Shown here one piece after another: positions 26,134-39,249 of a DNA stretch of 64,000 bases; position 1 is the first letter of the stretch; the number at the start of each line of letters is the position of its first letter. A program made the translations under genes and the position numbers. This DNA comes from Macrostomum lignano (taxonomy: Eukaryota): assembly GCA_002269645.1 (NCBI GenBank), contig NIVC01002814.1:74441-138440 (forward strand), read 5' to 3'. The notes below the pieces were generated by a model. The model was given only the letters and a program-made list of their open reading frames with translations, was not told the origin of the DNA and did not search any database.

Positions 26134-26155
26134 GTTATATAAATTGTACAGAGAA
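26134..26155 (+). promoter_or_regulatory. Putative TATA element of triplicated unit C
   Basis: Identical 22-mer to 16450-16471; conserved donor AAG|GTAAGA at 26313. Confidence 0.4.
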
Positions 26156-26493
26156 TACAGAGAGAGTACAGTGCCTCAGAACAGCTAGCTGGCTTTGGGC
26201 AGGAAAGTTGGATTATATATAGTCCAAACTTCCTCCACAAACGGGGCGCCAATCCAACCAAATCCCTTTTTCGGGCGTCGTTCAGTCAGCAGGCTTAATG
26301 GCTTGCTAAAAGGTAAGAATAGTTCAACAATATTAATTAACTTTATTATAAGCATTCAATTATTTTGTTTAAATTTAGTTCCTTGATGAGAGAGAATAAA
26401 AAAAAGAATCCCATGGAGTTATAGGTGGTAGGGGAAGGTGACCCTTCATATAGATTCTCATCAAGCTACAGGTGGGGCAGGTGACTCACTCAC

Positions 26494-26664
<171 letters not shown>

Positions 26665-27159
26665 ATATTGACAGTAGTTGACAGCATATGCTATGTGAAT
26701 CGCCAATCTGATATTAACCTTTTGCATCGAAATTATCCTCCCCACAGAGTCAGCAGCGGTATTCGGGGGCCAACGGGGTTGCGAGAGGTGTTTGAAGTTG
26801 CGACGGCCTCCAAGGATGAAAGAGGTCCACATCCAGCTGAGAGCGAATGCCTGACTGGAATGCGGAGTCAAGCAAGAAAAGAACAGAGCCGTGCGAATCT
26901 CGATGGAGTTCAACCATCTGCAGCCACTCCCGAGAGACTCTGAGACGGCTTTTATAACGGATTGGAGGAAGTGCTCATCGTTCTCATCTACTCATCTATC
27001 GCTTCACCTTTTCTTTCTCCAAATTCTAACAGCTATAATTAATTTTCGTTTCGTTTATTTAGTTCTAGAATATTACGAGATTTCGTAGTTGAGTTCAAGT
27101 CTTCAGTATTTTCCCTTCGTGTCCGTGCATTCCTAAGGGTCTTTGTTAGCCCAGATCCA

Positions 27160-28190
27160 CTCAGAGCGGGAGGCTCCTGGTGGTGACCCGAGCTTTCTCT
27201 CAGAGCGGGAGGCTTCTGGTGGTGACCCGAGATTTCTCTCAGAGCGGGAGGCTCCTGGTGGTGACCCGAGATTTCTCTCAGAGCGGGAGGCTTCTGGTGG
27301 TGACCCGAGATTTCTCTCAGAGCGGGAGGCTTCTGGTGGTGACCCGAGATTTCTCTCAGAGCGGGAGGCTCCTGGTGGTGACCCGAGATTTCTCTCAGAG
27401 CGGGAGGCTCCTGGTGGTGACCCGAGCTTTCTCTCAGAGCGGGAGGCTTCTGGTGGTGACCCGAGATTTCTCTCAGAGCGGGAGGCTCCTGGTGGTGACC
27501 CGAGATTTCTCTCAGAGCGGGAGGCTTCTGGTGGTGACCCGAGATTTCTCTCAGAGCGGGAGGCTCCTGGTAGTGACCCGAGATTTCTCTCAGAGCGGGA
27601 GGCTTCTGGTGGTGACCCGAGATTTCTCTCAGAGTGGGAGGCTCCTGGTGGTGACCCGAGATTTCTCTCAGAGCGGGAGGCTTCTGGTGGTGACCCGAGA
27701 TTTCTCTCAGAGCGGGAGGCTTCTGGTGGTGACCCGAGATTTCTCTCAGAGCGGGAGGCTTCTGGTGGTGACCCGAGATTTCTCTCAGAGCGGGAGGCTC
27801 CTGGTGGTGACCCGAGATTTCTCTCAGAGCGGGAGGCTTCTGGTGGTGACCCGAGATTTCTCTCAGAGCGGGAGGCTCCTGGTGGTGACCCGAGATTTCT
27901 CTCAGAGCGGGAGGCTCCTGGTGGTGACCCGAGATTTCTCTCAGAGCGGGAGGCTCCTGGTGGTGACCCGAGATTTCTCTCAGAGCGGGAGGCTTCTGGT
28001 GGTGACCCGAGATTTCTCTCAGAGCGGGAGGCTCCTGGTGGTGACCCGAGATTTCTCTCAGAGCGGGAGGCTCCTGGTGGTGACCCGAGATTTCTCTCAG
28101 AGCGGGAGGCTCCTGGTGGTGACCCGAGATTTCTCTCAGAGCGTGAGGCTCCTAGTGACGACCCACAGCTCTTCTCAGAGCTCCTACTGC
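27160..28190. repeat. 39-bp minisatellite, about 26 copies
   Basis: CAGAGCGGGAGGCTCCTGGTGGTGACCCGAGATTTCTCT; the 13-aa repeat ORFs are by-products. Confidence 0.96.
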
Positions 28191-29242
28191 TCAGGTCTCA
28201 AATTTCATCAGGCTATCTGGTACCATGTTCTGGTACCTTATTGATCGCCTAAATCTCACATCTGGTCCAGATGGAGTTAAAAGTCGCATCCGTTGTCTTC
28301 GGATGCTTAGGCAGCTTTTCCGCCGCGAATTGTTGCCGCAGCAGGTACTACCTGCCTCAGCCGACACTTCCATTACGCTCGCGGGATCCGAACTTCTCGG
28401 AATCAGCCCCGCCCAGTCATAGCGTCGTGGGCGATCGTCGGATAGTAGTAATCGATGCCTACAGTATGGGCATAGTTGCTACTTTTTTGCTGTACTCTGG
28501 TGACTTAATATGGATGGAATGGAATGCTCTTCCATGCAGCAGTCGTTCGCTTGTTCGCTAACAGCGACGAAAAACTGCTATTAATTCTGTTCTGTCGCCA
28601 TGTACAAATGCACTGAAAGCTGACCACCTAATATTTCGACTGACTAAGCTCGGTTGTTTGAAAAGGTGTCAGTTCAGATCGGAGCTCTCGGCTGTTTAAG
28701 CTGAATGACTCTGTTTTACTCAGCTGGCTAGCGCCGATTGTGTACTTCATAGTCCATAGTTTTTGGACGCTGCAGTTCAAATGGCGCAGTCACAGGCGGC
28801 CTCGATGAGTTTTCTCCGAATAGTTGAAGCCTCTGAGGAGAGAGCAACACTGCCGCACCGCTTCGCTTCGTTCGTACGAGTATGATCGAATCGCCAGCGT
28901 GACAAATCGGCTAATCCCGCATGCAGCAAGCATTTTGCCGACGCACAATAGCGATGGCAATTGTCGCTGAAGCGGTTGTGATGCCGGGTCATTCAATCGA
29001 GTTATTTTCGATTGAATATTGAGGGCAACCTCATCATCAACCATCCATCCGAGCACAAGAAGGATAAGTACGTCGCGAATAACAACTACAACAAATGCTT
29101 AGTCCAAGATCGAGCTTTCAAAGTAAGACGGCCAACATCAAATGCTGATTGTCTAAATGTTTGCTGGTTTGCGAGATGGCCCGATTGGTGTTCCCAGATG
29201 CTGCTTCGTGTTCTACAACTGGTTCAAGTCTCCCAATTAGCT

Positions 29243-29653
29243 ATGCCGACAGTATCAAGCCGACCAAACAAACCTGTTGGACAAAACATCATTGTCCTGC
29301 AGTCAATCAAAGATCGACATTTTATAAGCGATAAACAAATTCGAAAGTTTAGAGACGTCTGCACCTTCCAACACCTGTCAGCAGTGCAGACTGGCGATCC
29401 AGGATTCGCCGAGTTCAGTCTCGCTGAGCTGCGATTGAGAGTGCGAATCCCAACGAATGTGTCTGTTTCTGAGCTACCTGGCCGGTTCCAACTTTATACC
29501 TGCATGCTGGTAGAGCTTCACGACGGCTGGGAAAGCAACTGTGACCTCAAGGAGCTTCTTCAGAGAGCATCTGGCCGCTTTCGTATTGAAGACAGCAGAG
29601 TACAGACGCGTGATGGAGCAGTGCAGGTGACTCTGGCTGTCCGTGAAACATAA
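29243..29653 (+). CDS. Unknown small protein, paralog C (136 aa)
   Basis: ATG aligned with paralog B start; codon-level conservation with paralog B. Confidence 0.7.
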   Translation: MPTVSSRPNKPVGQNIIVLQSIKDRHFISDKQIRKFRDVCTFQHLSAVQTGDPGFAEFSLAELRLRVRIPTNVSVSELPGRFQLYTCMLVELHDGWESNCDLKELLQRASGRFRIEDSRVQTRDGAVQVTLAVRET

Positions 29654-30455
29654 CTGACTCGCTATAGTAACTAAATTTTATTCCCACCTGGTGTGAGTTT
29701 TACGCTAGTTAATCTTATCTGTAGTGTCCATAGTTAATCTTACTTATTTCAGTGCAGACAAAAAGTAAACAGTTTTGTATATGTATCCGCTGAAATGAAT
29801 CAATGAATGCATTCCCTAGCTATGTCAAAACTCCGTATTTTCCTATTGCACTGTCAATGATTGTTTTATGTTGTGTTTTATTTTATTGTTATGTCTATGT
29901 GTGTACCAGTTTCCTTATTTCATACTGTATTCCAAAAACCAAAGAAAGTTTCAAATTCTTTCGCTATTATTTTTCGTTTTTAAAAAATGAGAAAAGATTA
30001 AATTGAAATTATCTCTTATAAATTACAAACGAGGAGTAATTATTTATTTTTTGTCTATTGCCACTATTATTTTGTAATAGTGGATAGTTATATTTGCACG
30101 AAATGCAGCTGGCAAAAATCGGCTGATCAGTAAAGCGTACTTTTCAGGGCAAGAGAAGGAAGGAAGAGGGCTGTAAAGAGAAAAGGTTCCATGTTCAGGC
30201 GGCAAATCCGCGATTTTTCCAAGGCAATTCCGTGGAGTTTCCGGGTAGAGAGAGAATTCGTAGGAGAAGACGAAAAACTTTACTAAATTAAAATCCTTTT
30301 TTGTAGGACTCCATGCACTTAACTACTGTAAGCAAGAATAGCAGTATATTATTTTTTGCATAAATGGATCTACCAATCGAAAGTTAACAATTAAAAAAAG
30401 AAGATAGACTGCAGCTACAACCAACATTTGAGCGCTAAAATCACTGTTATAGCAG

Positions 30456-30630
30456 TTCGTCTGTCTCGGCGGTCTGGTGCCTGACGTTCGCGAGGACCTG
30501 CGACGTCGCTGTGGACTTGCCTGGGCTGCCTTCCGTTACATTAGGGCTGTCCTGCAGTCCGAGGCTCTGCCTGACCGCCAGAGGGCGACGCTGTTCCAGG
30601 CGGTGATTGAGACTGTCCTGTTGTACAACG
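30456..30630 (+). mobile_element. Non-LTR retrotransposon (RTE-like) RT C-terminal fragment
   Basis: FVCLGG...REDLRRRCGLAWAAF...LFQAVIETVLLYN resembles the conserved FxYLG...RIGxAWxAF...LFxAxVESVLLYG block. Confidence 0.75.
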
Positions 30631-31280
30631 TTGTCCTTACCTGGCCTGTCCTGTCCCCGCGAACTGTTGGGCCGTCGGTGACTCCAGCTAGGGATGGGGG
30701 GCACATCATCTGCGCCGAGTCCTAATTACGGGGACAGGCATGCACTCGGCGTTTCGTTGACTGCCTGCTGGCTGATGCCGGCGCCCCGGATACTGCCGGC
30801 AAACGTTCGCGACCGGAGGCCTTGAACCTTGCCCTGTGATGTTGTCTTTACCTCTCATTACTCGCATGACTGGCTGACAACGTATTTTGTTGTTATTGTT
30901 GTTTTTGCTACGGTTTTCACTATGATGCTGGGCCAATGCATTCATATGGAATTTTCGAGAAGTCAGCTACATGTTTGACTCCTTTTTGCTATTCTAAGTA
31001 GTAGCACTAGTAAGTACTATTTCTACATAGAGAAATGACTCGCGCTCATAAAAAACAAAGCTTCTCTCAAAAACTAACTTATATTTAGCTGAATATTGTC
31101 CTATATTCTAATTAAGGATGATGAAAACGCGGAACATTACGATCTTCTATGCGTCTATGGCCATCGACTCGCAAGCTTAATTATAAAGCGGATTTGATTG
31201 TCAACCAGCGCTCTTGGGTTTAGCATCAATTCGATAGGCTCAAACCAGTGAGCTCAGTGTGGGCCCATTTGAAGTGGGCC

Positions 31281-31895
31281 ATGAACTTCGATGACCAGCT
31301 GCTGCACAATGAGACGCAGCACCTTTCTGAGGCCGAATGGGAGCCATACGAAGCCTGCCCCAGAATTGACAAGGACGTACTTGACAATCAACAATTGGAC
31401 GATGATGTTAGGAAACTGCAACAAGAAGGCAACAGCAACGATGCTAGCGGACTGTTGGAAACATTCCAACCTGAAGCACACATCAACCTGCATTACGTCA
31501 GGGTGTACTATTGCGGGCCTCAGCCGGGTAGCAACAAAACCACTCGAGTGTCTGAACGGCCCCAACTAATGCAGTGGCGTGGCGAGCACTTCAAATGCCG
31601 GGTTGGGTTCTCATTTGAAGCCTCGATGCCGAAATCTAATTGGACGGTGGGTCTGGCGCAAGCTTGCGACTACATCGATTTGAAGAACACGTTTGAAAGA
31701 GGCGGCAGCTACTGCTGGGAGTTCCAGCCGTTGAAGACCGGCCTGCACTCCATGGTGAACGACAGCAACGGCACCCAGTGGCCTTTCTATTCTCATAAAT
31801 CGTCTATGATTGATCTGCGCTCCGGGTCGCGGATTCGACCGGGCTTTCACGAGCTGCGGTTCTCCGACTACTTCTACCCGACCATGCACTGGCAG
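31281..31895 (+). CDS. FAM78: FAM78-family protein exon 1 of 2
   Basis: WTVGLAQAC, SYCWEF, NDSNGTQWPFY and SDYFYPTMHW match FAM78 motifs (W.VG..QAC, SDSDG..YPWY, NDNFYPSVTW); donor CAG|GTACAA at 31896; start codon uncertain. Confidence 0.82.
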
Positions 31896-31984
31896 GTACA
31901 AACGCTGATCCCTTTACCCACATTACCACCAAGGTAATTTCCCTGGGTATAAGAATACCTTTGGAGATATCCTTCACCGTGCAC

Positions 31985-32905
31985 ATACCTCCTCAGTGAT
32001 CCAGTAAACACCTTTGCGGATGTTCTCCATCGTGCAAACACCTCCTCAATGATCCAGTTAACACCTTTGCGGATATTCTCCATCATTCTCCATAGTGCAA
32101 ACACCTCCTCAGTTATCCAGTAAACACATTTGTGGATGTTCACCATCGTTCTCCATTGGTGCAATTAATACCTCAATGATCCAGTTAACACCTTTGCGGA
32201 TATTCTCCATCATTCTCCATAGTGCAAACACCTCCTCAGTTATCCAGTAAACACATTTGTGGATGTTCACCATCGTTCTCCATTGGTGCAATTAATACCT
32301 CAATGATCCAGTTAACACCTTTGCGGATATTCTCCATCGTCCTCCATAGTGCAAACACCTTCTCAATTATCCAGTAAACACATTTGTGGATGTTCTCCAT
32401 CGTTCTCCATTGGTGCAATTAATACCTCAATGATCCAGCTAACACCTTTGCGGATATTCTCCATCGTCCTCCATAGTGCAAACACCTTCTCAATTATCCA
32501 GTAAACACATTTGTGGATGTTCTCCATCGTTCTCCATTGGTGCAATTAATACCTCAATGATCCAGCTAACACCTTTGCGGATATTCTCCATCGTCCTCCA
32601 TAGTGCAAACACCTTCTCAATTATCCAGTAAACACATTTGTGGATGTTCTCCATCGTTCTCCATTGGTGCAATTAATACCTCAATGATCCAGCTAACACC
32701 TTTGCGGATATTCTCCATCGTCCTCCATAGTGCAAACACCTTCTCAATTATCCAGTAAACACATTTGTGGATGTTCTCCATCGTGTTCCATTGGTGCAAT
32801 TAATACCTCAATGATCCAGCTAACACCTTTGCGGATGTTCTCAATCGTGCAAATGCCTCCTCAATGATCCAGTTAGCACCTTTGCGGATATCCTCCATCG
32901 TGCAA
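31985..32905. repeat. 127-bp minisatellite built from diverged subunits in the FAM78 intron
   Basis: Identical short ORFs recur at 127-bp spacing (32109, 32236, 32363, 32490, 32617). Confidence 0.95.
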
Positions 32906-33094
32906 ATACATTTACAATCCGAATTCCAATTATTTCTTGGAAATACCAAAATCACAGGAAATTTTCTCCGACTAGAAATAGGATCTCTCCACAGTAATTA
33001 ATAAAATATTTGAAAGAATGCTGCCTTAAATTAGTGTTTTAATGCATTACGAGATAATAACCAAATTTTATCCATGTATTTCTGCAACCTTCAG

Positions 33095-33715
33095 GCAGAA
33101 AGCGAAGGCTTTCAATACCATCTCACAAACGTTATCCGTCGTCAAGGCTTCAAAGTATGGTTCATCGTCATTAAACGCGGCCCGAGCAATCCAATGGACG
33201 GCTACATCACTCGCTACCTGCAATATCGGCCTTCAACTGACGAGCCATACGTAATCAAAGCCATGGAGTGGCGCTACAATATCGAACTCAACTTCGACTG
33301 TTTGCAGCCGTTGGGCAGCCGGTGCACAGCAATCTTCGACAAGCAGGAGGAGCAACCCAGGGTGCTGAATTCTATCGACCCCATACCGACATCCGCTCTG
33401 GTTCCCCCAAATTGCAACGCCTGCCAATCGTTGATCTTCTATCCGACTAATCGAAATCATCCGCTCGTGCTGAAGAAGACTCCAGAAGACATTGTGGTGC
33501 CTTGGAACGAATGGCGAAGCAGCATGACTAGCGGCAGAGGCTACGACCGCTTGCTGGGTTTCGAGCAGCCCCAGCCGCTGCCGAATATGTACAAATGCTA
33601 TCCGGGAGATCCGAAAATTCCTCTGCGGCTGCTGAACTTGAAGCACAGACCGAGGGAACCGGCGCCAGATCCAGATTTCGGCGTGCGCACCAGTGTGATA
33701 AATCGCTTCCAATAG
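33095..33715 (+). CDS. FAM78: FAM78-family protein exon 2
   Basis: Acceptor CTTCAG| at 33094, phase 0; PLGSRC and IPTSALVPPNCNACQSLIFYP match FAM78 PLGQRA and IPPSALVKPNANDAQVLMWRP. Confidence 0.85.
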   Translation, partial: AESEGFQYHLTNVIRRQGFKVWFIVIKRGPSNPMDGYITRYLQYRPSTDEPYVIKAMEWRYNIELNFDCLQPLGSRCTAIFDKQEEQPRVLNSIDPIPTSALVPPNCNACQSLIFYPTNRNHPLVLKKTPEDIVVPWNEWRSSMTSGRGYDRLLGFEQPQPLPNMYKCYPGDPKIPLRLLNLKHRPREPAPDPDFGVRTSVINRFQ

Positions 33716-34121
33716 GATTTGCCCGGGCACCGGCGGAGTTTGTCTTTATTTTAAATAATTTCTGTACAGTTAAATTTATTTTTACAGAGCGTTGCTTTAC
33801 CAGTGTGGGGTTGCAATTTTCCTTCTTCGATCGCAAATAAAAAGTGACTTTCAATAATAAAATCGAATGTTGATCGTTTTTAATTATTTTGTCAGGAAAT
33901 AAACCCAGGATTCTGAAGCTTTGCGGCCACCCTTGCGCGAAAGGTCCCAGGGGCAGCACTATCGATGGTGTCGTCACAATTGGTTTTGGGCCATAGACAA
34001 ATGAGCGGTAAAGGGCAGGAAAGAAAAGTCCGATATCAGCTGGTGTCACAGGGAGAAGCGTCACAACAACGAGTGTACAAGAGTTAAACTGAAGGCACAT
34101 GTGTACGCAGACGACAACGTT

Positions 34122-34345
34122 GGCATGCTGGATGCGGGAATGTCCATTCGTTCAGCTGCTCGACGATCGCATACAACGATACGCAAGTTGCATATGAAGT
34201 TGAGAGAAACTGAAAGTGTGGCACACGCGACGCGAGGCATCTAGCTCATACTCCACATGCGAAGCACGACTGAAAAGGCGGATCGGCGATTGCTGCGATT
34301 GATGAGAGAAACGCGCGTGGCTGCTATAGCCGTTTCTGACTGTGT
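34122..34345 (+). mobile_element. Degenerate Tc1/mariner transposase N-terminal (paired-like HTH) fragment
   Basis: GMLDAGMSIRSAARRSHTTIRKL...RETESVA then RSTTEKADRRLLR resembles Tc1 GM.EAGMS.R.VARR...RETGSV...R.TT...DR; frame is broken. Confidence 0.65.
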
Positions 34346-36865
34346 TTTGGACATGTACATAGCGTCGCTGTTCATTCCCTGTTGCCTTTTTTGGATTGTC
34401 TATGGCTTAAACATAGTCGAAAAACCTTTCAATCCCCAATCGTTCAGCTCGTGTAGCCTCTTGCGCCGACGTGGATCCACCTTTCAATGTTGCATTCAGA
34501 ACTTGTTGCAACTTAATTTTGTTAAATCAAATCGAAATAAAAAAATACATGTAAGCCTCTTGTCTGTGGCATTCACCCGTTCTTACAATGACTCTTACAG
34601 TTCTGGCTGCTAACCTCAAGCACGGCAACCTCAGATCATTGCTAGCCACCAAGTGTGATTAAGTACATTTATAAACATTAAAATATCGACAACTGTACTT
34701 TTCGATGTGCGTTTGTTGTTAAACGAGGGTGGGAAGCCGGTGCCAACCCGCGGATCAGCCCTGGATTGGGCTCTGCCGCGGAGGGGCACTTCCAGGGGCC
34801 TAAGCCCGAGATACCCACATGATTGGGCCCCGACGTCTAGGCCAGGGGAATTTTGGGGCTACTAACCCAAACCTACGGTACAAGACACCGCCAACCCAAA
34901 AGTGGAATCAGGGACGGTGCTAGGACCGAGTCCACCCAGGCCACCAACCCAGCAGACAAGTCCTCGGGAGTGCGCGAAAAACAGAATTGGAAATGAAAAA
35001 GTTCGGTATACTACTGAAAGCCGTCCAAGAGCGGGGAAACCCAGAAGTCTTGGAATAGGGCTTGACTATTGGAGCGAGTCTGGAAGGCTTGTATCCGAGG
35101 GCGAGTATCCTATCAAGAGGTAAAAGTAGACAAAAACCCTCCTATAGGGCTGCAAGCCACAAGGGTATCGCCTATCCAGCTCAATATTGGAGGCCAGGCC
35201 AAGGGGGGGGGGAGGGGCACAAGGGGCAAGAGGAAACCGGACTCAGCCGGTTTTCCCCGATTCGGGACGAACTTCCAGCTCAGGACTCCAATCCACTGTC
35301 AGTGATGAGAGCCTAGACACAATAAGCAGGGAGACAACCAGAGGAGCCAGCAGATGGACCAAGGACAGAGCAGGATGGACCGGGCAGGTAGGGCAGAGCT
35401 CAAAACTCCAATTTTTGGAAGCACCGGAATTTAATTAGGGGAGGAGCACCTGAACCCTAACCCGGGGCTCAGCCTCAGGGCTGGCATCAACTGGGCTCTA
35501 CCGTACACTTTTGTGAATGGTCGTCTTTCCTGCAGGGCGGGTGCGACCGGGGGGCTCAAGTCCCGTTCTAGCCACACTGCAGTCCAGATCTCCAACTCAC
35601 TCCAGGTACACCCCCCTAACCCAAGGCCGATGGCCAAATAATTGGAATGCACGAAAAAAGAATGGTTGGGTTATTTTTAGAATGGGCACAGCCCCTTCGG
35701 GGCGGAGCCTTAGTAATTGGGCTAGCCGAAGCCAGGCCAATCGGATTGCGCACAACCCTTAGACAAGCTACCAGAAGCAACCAGGGTAAAAACAGTGTTT
35801 TTCCAGAGAGAAAGTATACAAAACCAGATTTATGAGTAAAGTAGACCGAGTCTAAGGTAATATTGACAAGCAGATTGTGCAAATACATTCAATTTGTCCT
35901 GGCTAAAATGATCTTCATGTACGAGTAAATCAATAAATACAAAAGCTTCTTTGAATAGATACGTAGGGTTTGATGAAAAATTAGCTATATGCGCAGCTTT
36001 TTTGTTTGTTTAAATAAAGAATTCGAAAAATTGCACAAAATTATTTAGCAGGGCTTCAAGGTGGCGATTTTTGGGAAGGGCGGTTTTGTGATGAAACTAT
36101 TTTACAGAGGCCATTTTTGTGAAGGGGTGATTTTAACCCACTAGAAAAAATTCCAAAATTTGCTAGTTTTGTTTCTAATAGTTACCGACTAAAAAGAAAT
36201 TTAAACTGTCTAAAAGTTCATTATGCTAATAAGTGAGAGATATGCATTACAGTACGCAGCAAATATTTGTGATAAAAGATGACAGACTAAACATTTCCCT
36301 GCCGGCTGTATCCGGGCTCGCTCACGCCCACATCAAAATTCGGTCACATAACTTATACATAGCAAGCCACTGATCATCAGTCGTGTGAGTTGTCGATTCA
36401 TTTGATGGTAATGTTTACCAACCTGATGAATAATTTAGTGCTTATTTGACATTATATCCAGTAGGACAGGGGGATCACATTGGGTCTCTACAATAGAAAT
36501 AACAGCTAGATGTTCTAAAAATAGGGTTGGTGAGATTTAAAATGGGATTCCCCATAGCTCTCACACTTCGCTCTGGAAAAATGGTTTCAATTGTCTATGG
36601 CCAAAGCTATAGATCATGATGAAACAGAAGGACTATATGCGATTAGCCATTAGACTTGCGACAAGGAGTTCTATAATTAGATTGCTATTCCAAGTTAATA
36701 ATCTAAGTCTAAGTTCTGTGACCAAGGAGAGACCAAGAATGAGCTCTCCTTGCTTGAGAGCTATAGCTCATTGAGGAATCAAAGAGTGTTTATGTGTGCT
36801 TTGACCATAGACAATGGAATCCATTTTTGCAACTTCCCCGTTACATCTAGTTTACAGAACAAAAT

Positions 36866-37560
36866 TTACTCAAAAAGCGAACCCTCGTTACTATGCGAAC
36901 TGAGCACTAGAAAGTACACCCAATAAGCGGCATTGAATGCGGCAAAACTGAACGGGAACAGAAATATTGACACGCGATCGAGCTGCTGGGCTGTGAGCCA
37001 CTGCAGACTGGCGTGTCTGAGCTGATGTTGCTGCTGCAGCTGCCCTGCACTGCAGCCTCGCAGTCGGCTTTGGTGTTCTCGTCTCCAGCGACGTCTGCGA
37101 GTCTGTCTGCAGGCCGATCCAAACCCGATTGGTCCCGGCCAGCCGGGCGTTGTCATGGCAACCCGTGGCGGCGGCGAAGGTACCGGCGTGTCACCGAATG
37201 AGCCGTCGTTCAGCCCGTCGAAGTTGTCTCCATTTTCTTCGTCAATGTCGAAGCCTTCAGCCGGTGGTTGGTAGGCATCGTCGTCCAAGCCTCGCTGACG
37301 CGACGTCTCCAGCTCGGGCGTCAGCAGGAGTCGCTTCCGCAGTAGCAGCGGACTCTCCGGCGTCTGCTCGCCGGTTGCCAGGCTGTTGCTGACCGTTCGG
37401 CGTAGACGGTGAAGTCCGTTACCATGACAACGGAACTGCTGCCTACGTCGCTGCTGACGGCTGCTGCAGGTCCGCCGGCGAGTGAGCACGTTGACCAGGG
37501 AGAACTCCAGTAGAGAGAGGACAACAAAGGCCAGGCAGGCAAATAGCCAGACATCGATGG
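36866..37560 (-). CDS. GluCl: Cys-loop ligand-gated chloride channel exon 2 (M3, intracellular loop, M4)
   Basis: Acceptor CTGCAG|, phase 1; AIDVWLFACLAFVVLSLLEFSLVN (M3) and LDRVSIFLFPFSFAAFNAAYW (M4). Confidence 0.9.
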
Positions 37561-37944
37561 CTGCAGGTGGCGAGGGTTCGGTTGCTGTTGAGAGAGTTTC
37601 GTCTCATTGCGGGCAGGTAAAACGGAAGGACTGTTCGGGCGGGGTTTGGGTAAGGAAGGAAAACAAATCGATAAAAGAGTTGAAAGTTCAGGATTTTTGC
37701 GAGTAAAAATGGCTAAAACTTATTGCAGATAAGAGACTGCTCAGTAGGCCTGCCCTTTTTACTTCGGAATTTACTTCGGAATTGCATATAAAGCAAGTAA
37801 TACCTACTAAAAAGTAGATGATATAGAGTGTGACGAGAAAAGCTTGTATGGTGGGCAATAATATTTGATTAGCTGCACCTGCCCTAATGAGCAGATGTGC
37901 AACCGACAGCTCAGCCGCAGCTATTGCGCGGCGCATTTGAAGGC

Positions 37945-38132
37945 TGCGTACGGCTGTTCAGTCCAAGGACTGGGGGGTCGCCACACACCCTCAATTGCCC
38001 CAGCTAATGCTGGCACCCATTTTACAGCTGGGTGAACTAAAGCAGTGCAGAGTTAAGTGTCTTGCTCAAGGACACAAACTGTTCCGAGTGGGTCGGGAAT
38101 CGACGCCCTAACCACTAGGCTACAACGCCTTG
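37945..38132 (-). mobile_element. tRNA-derived CORE-SINE
   Basis: Minus strand reads A-box TAGCCTAGTGG, truncated B-box GTCGATTCC, then TTGTGTCCTTGAGCAAGACACTTAACTC...CTGTAAAATGGG, which closely matches the MIR/CORE domain. Confidence 0.78.
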
Positions 38133-38160
38133 TGGGCAAAAGAAAGGTGAGGCACTTTAA

Positions 38161-38222
38161 CTGATTTAGTGGTGCAAAATGAGCCTATCAGTGGCTCCCA
38201 AGCCCATGGGTTCGATTCCCAG
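38161..38222 (+). mobile_element. Degenerate tRNA-like (SINE) head
   Basis: B-box GGGTTCGATTCCC at 38208-38220 and a weak A-box upstream; no cloverleaf. Confidence 0.35.
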
Positions 38223-39249
38223 TTTAGATTAGCAAGCCATAAACTAGCCTGCAAAACAATGAGGACTGCGAGACCAAAGACCCTTTACAAGAATAGGACC
38301 TGTACAAAGTGCCGAGAAGTTCACTTCCTGTTTAAGTGCAGTTGTAACTTTTATTGTTGCTTCCCGGGATAAATCTGAGCAGGACATCTCGAATAAGGTT
38401 TCAAATTAAAAAAAACCTTACTGAAGAGGACAAAGTATATTAATTAATGATAGAGACGTAATTGAAAATGGCAGAATTCATCAAATATGCATGACAAGCT
38501 GGAATGCAACACACACAGGTACCGGAAAAAAAATCTCTAGCCGATTCTCGAATGCTCCGTTTGCTTGCGAGACTTTATCGAAACTCCCAAATAAAATTAA
38601 AATAAGAACAACTAATAGACTACTTAACATTTTTTACATTCAAACTACGTTGTTTGTTCTGCTCTGTATTTAGCTCTATGGATTGCATGCAATTTTTACA
38701 AAACAAAGCAACAAAGTACTTTAGAAGAGAGTGTGTTGTTAGCTATGAATTCTGGTGAACTCTGTTGTGACGATGCAAAAACGCATGGTGACTATATAGT
38801 TAGCTAAAGACCAACGATAGGTAGGATTCATAAGACCCGAAATCGACAATATTTTGAAGCAGCCAAGCTATACTGACTTTGAAGTATTTTCCACTATCAA
38901 TGCTGGGTTATGAAGTGCCAACAAGCAGCCCTCCCAAAGGAACTCACAAGAGCATGACACAAAAGGTGTTGCCAAAGATAGGAGACAGTGTTCGCGTACA
39001 GATCATATGTTATAGAGGTGCTTACATTGGAGTAGTTGCCTACCGGTAATAGAATGCTAGCCTACCCTTAGGAAGTTCGTTAAACAAGATTTCCAAGTAC
39101 AGAAAGACACTTGACGCTGGTTTTGTAATAGCAACACTTACAGTGCCAGTTTTTCAACGTGAGTAGCATTCAGAACTTCTACTCAAGCACATGCCAAGCC
39201 ACGAAAGCCAGGTGACTGGTTGGATGATTTCCTTAGCTTAAGCAACTGT

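Noticed and set aside
29012-29242. N-terminal 77 codons of the 213-aa ORF
   Set aside because: Starts at a non-ATG codon; the paralogous region in unit B has a stop and a MITE insertion, so it is probably 5' UTR
34100-34120. VYADD as a reverse transcriptase motif
   Set aside because: No other RT motifs; the adjacent peptide matches a Tc1 HTH
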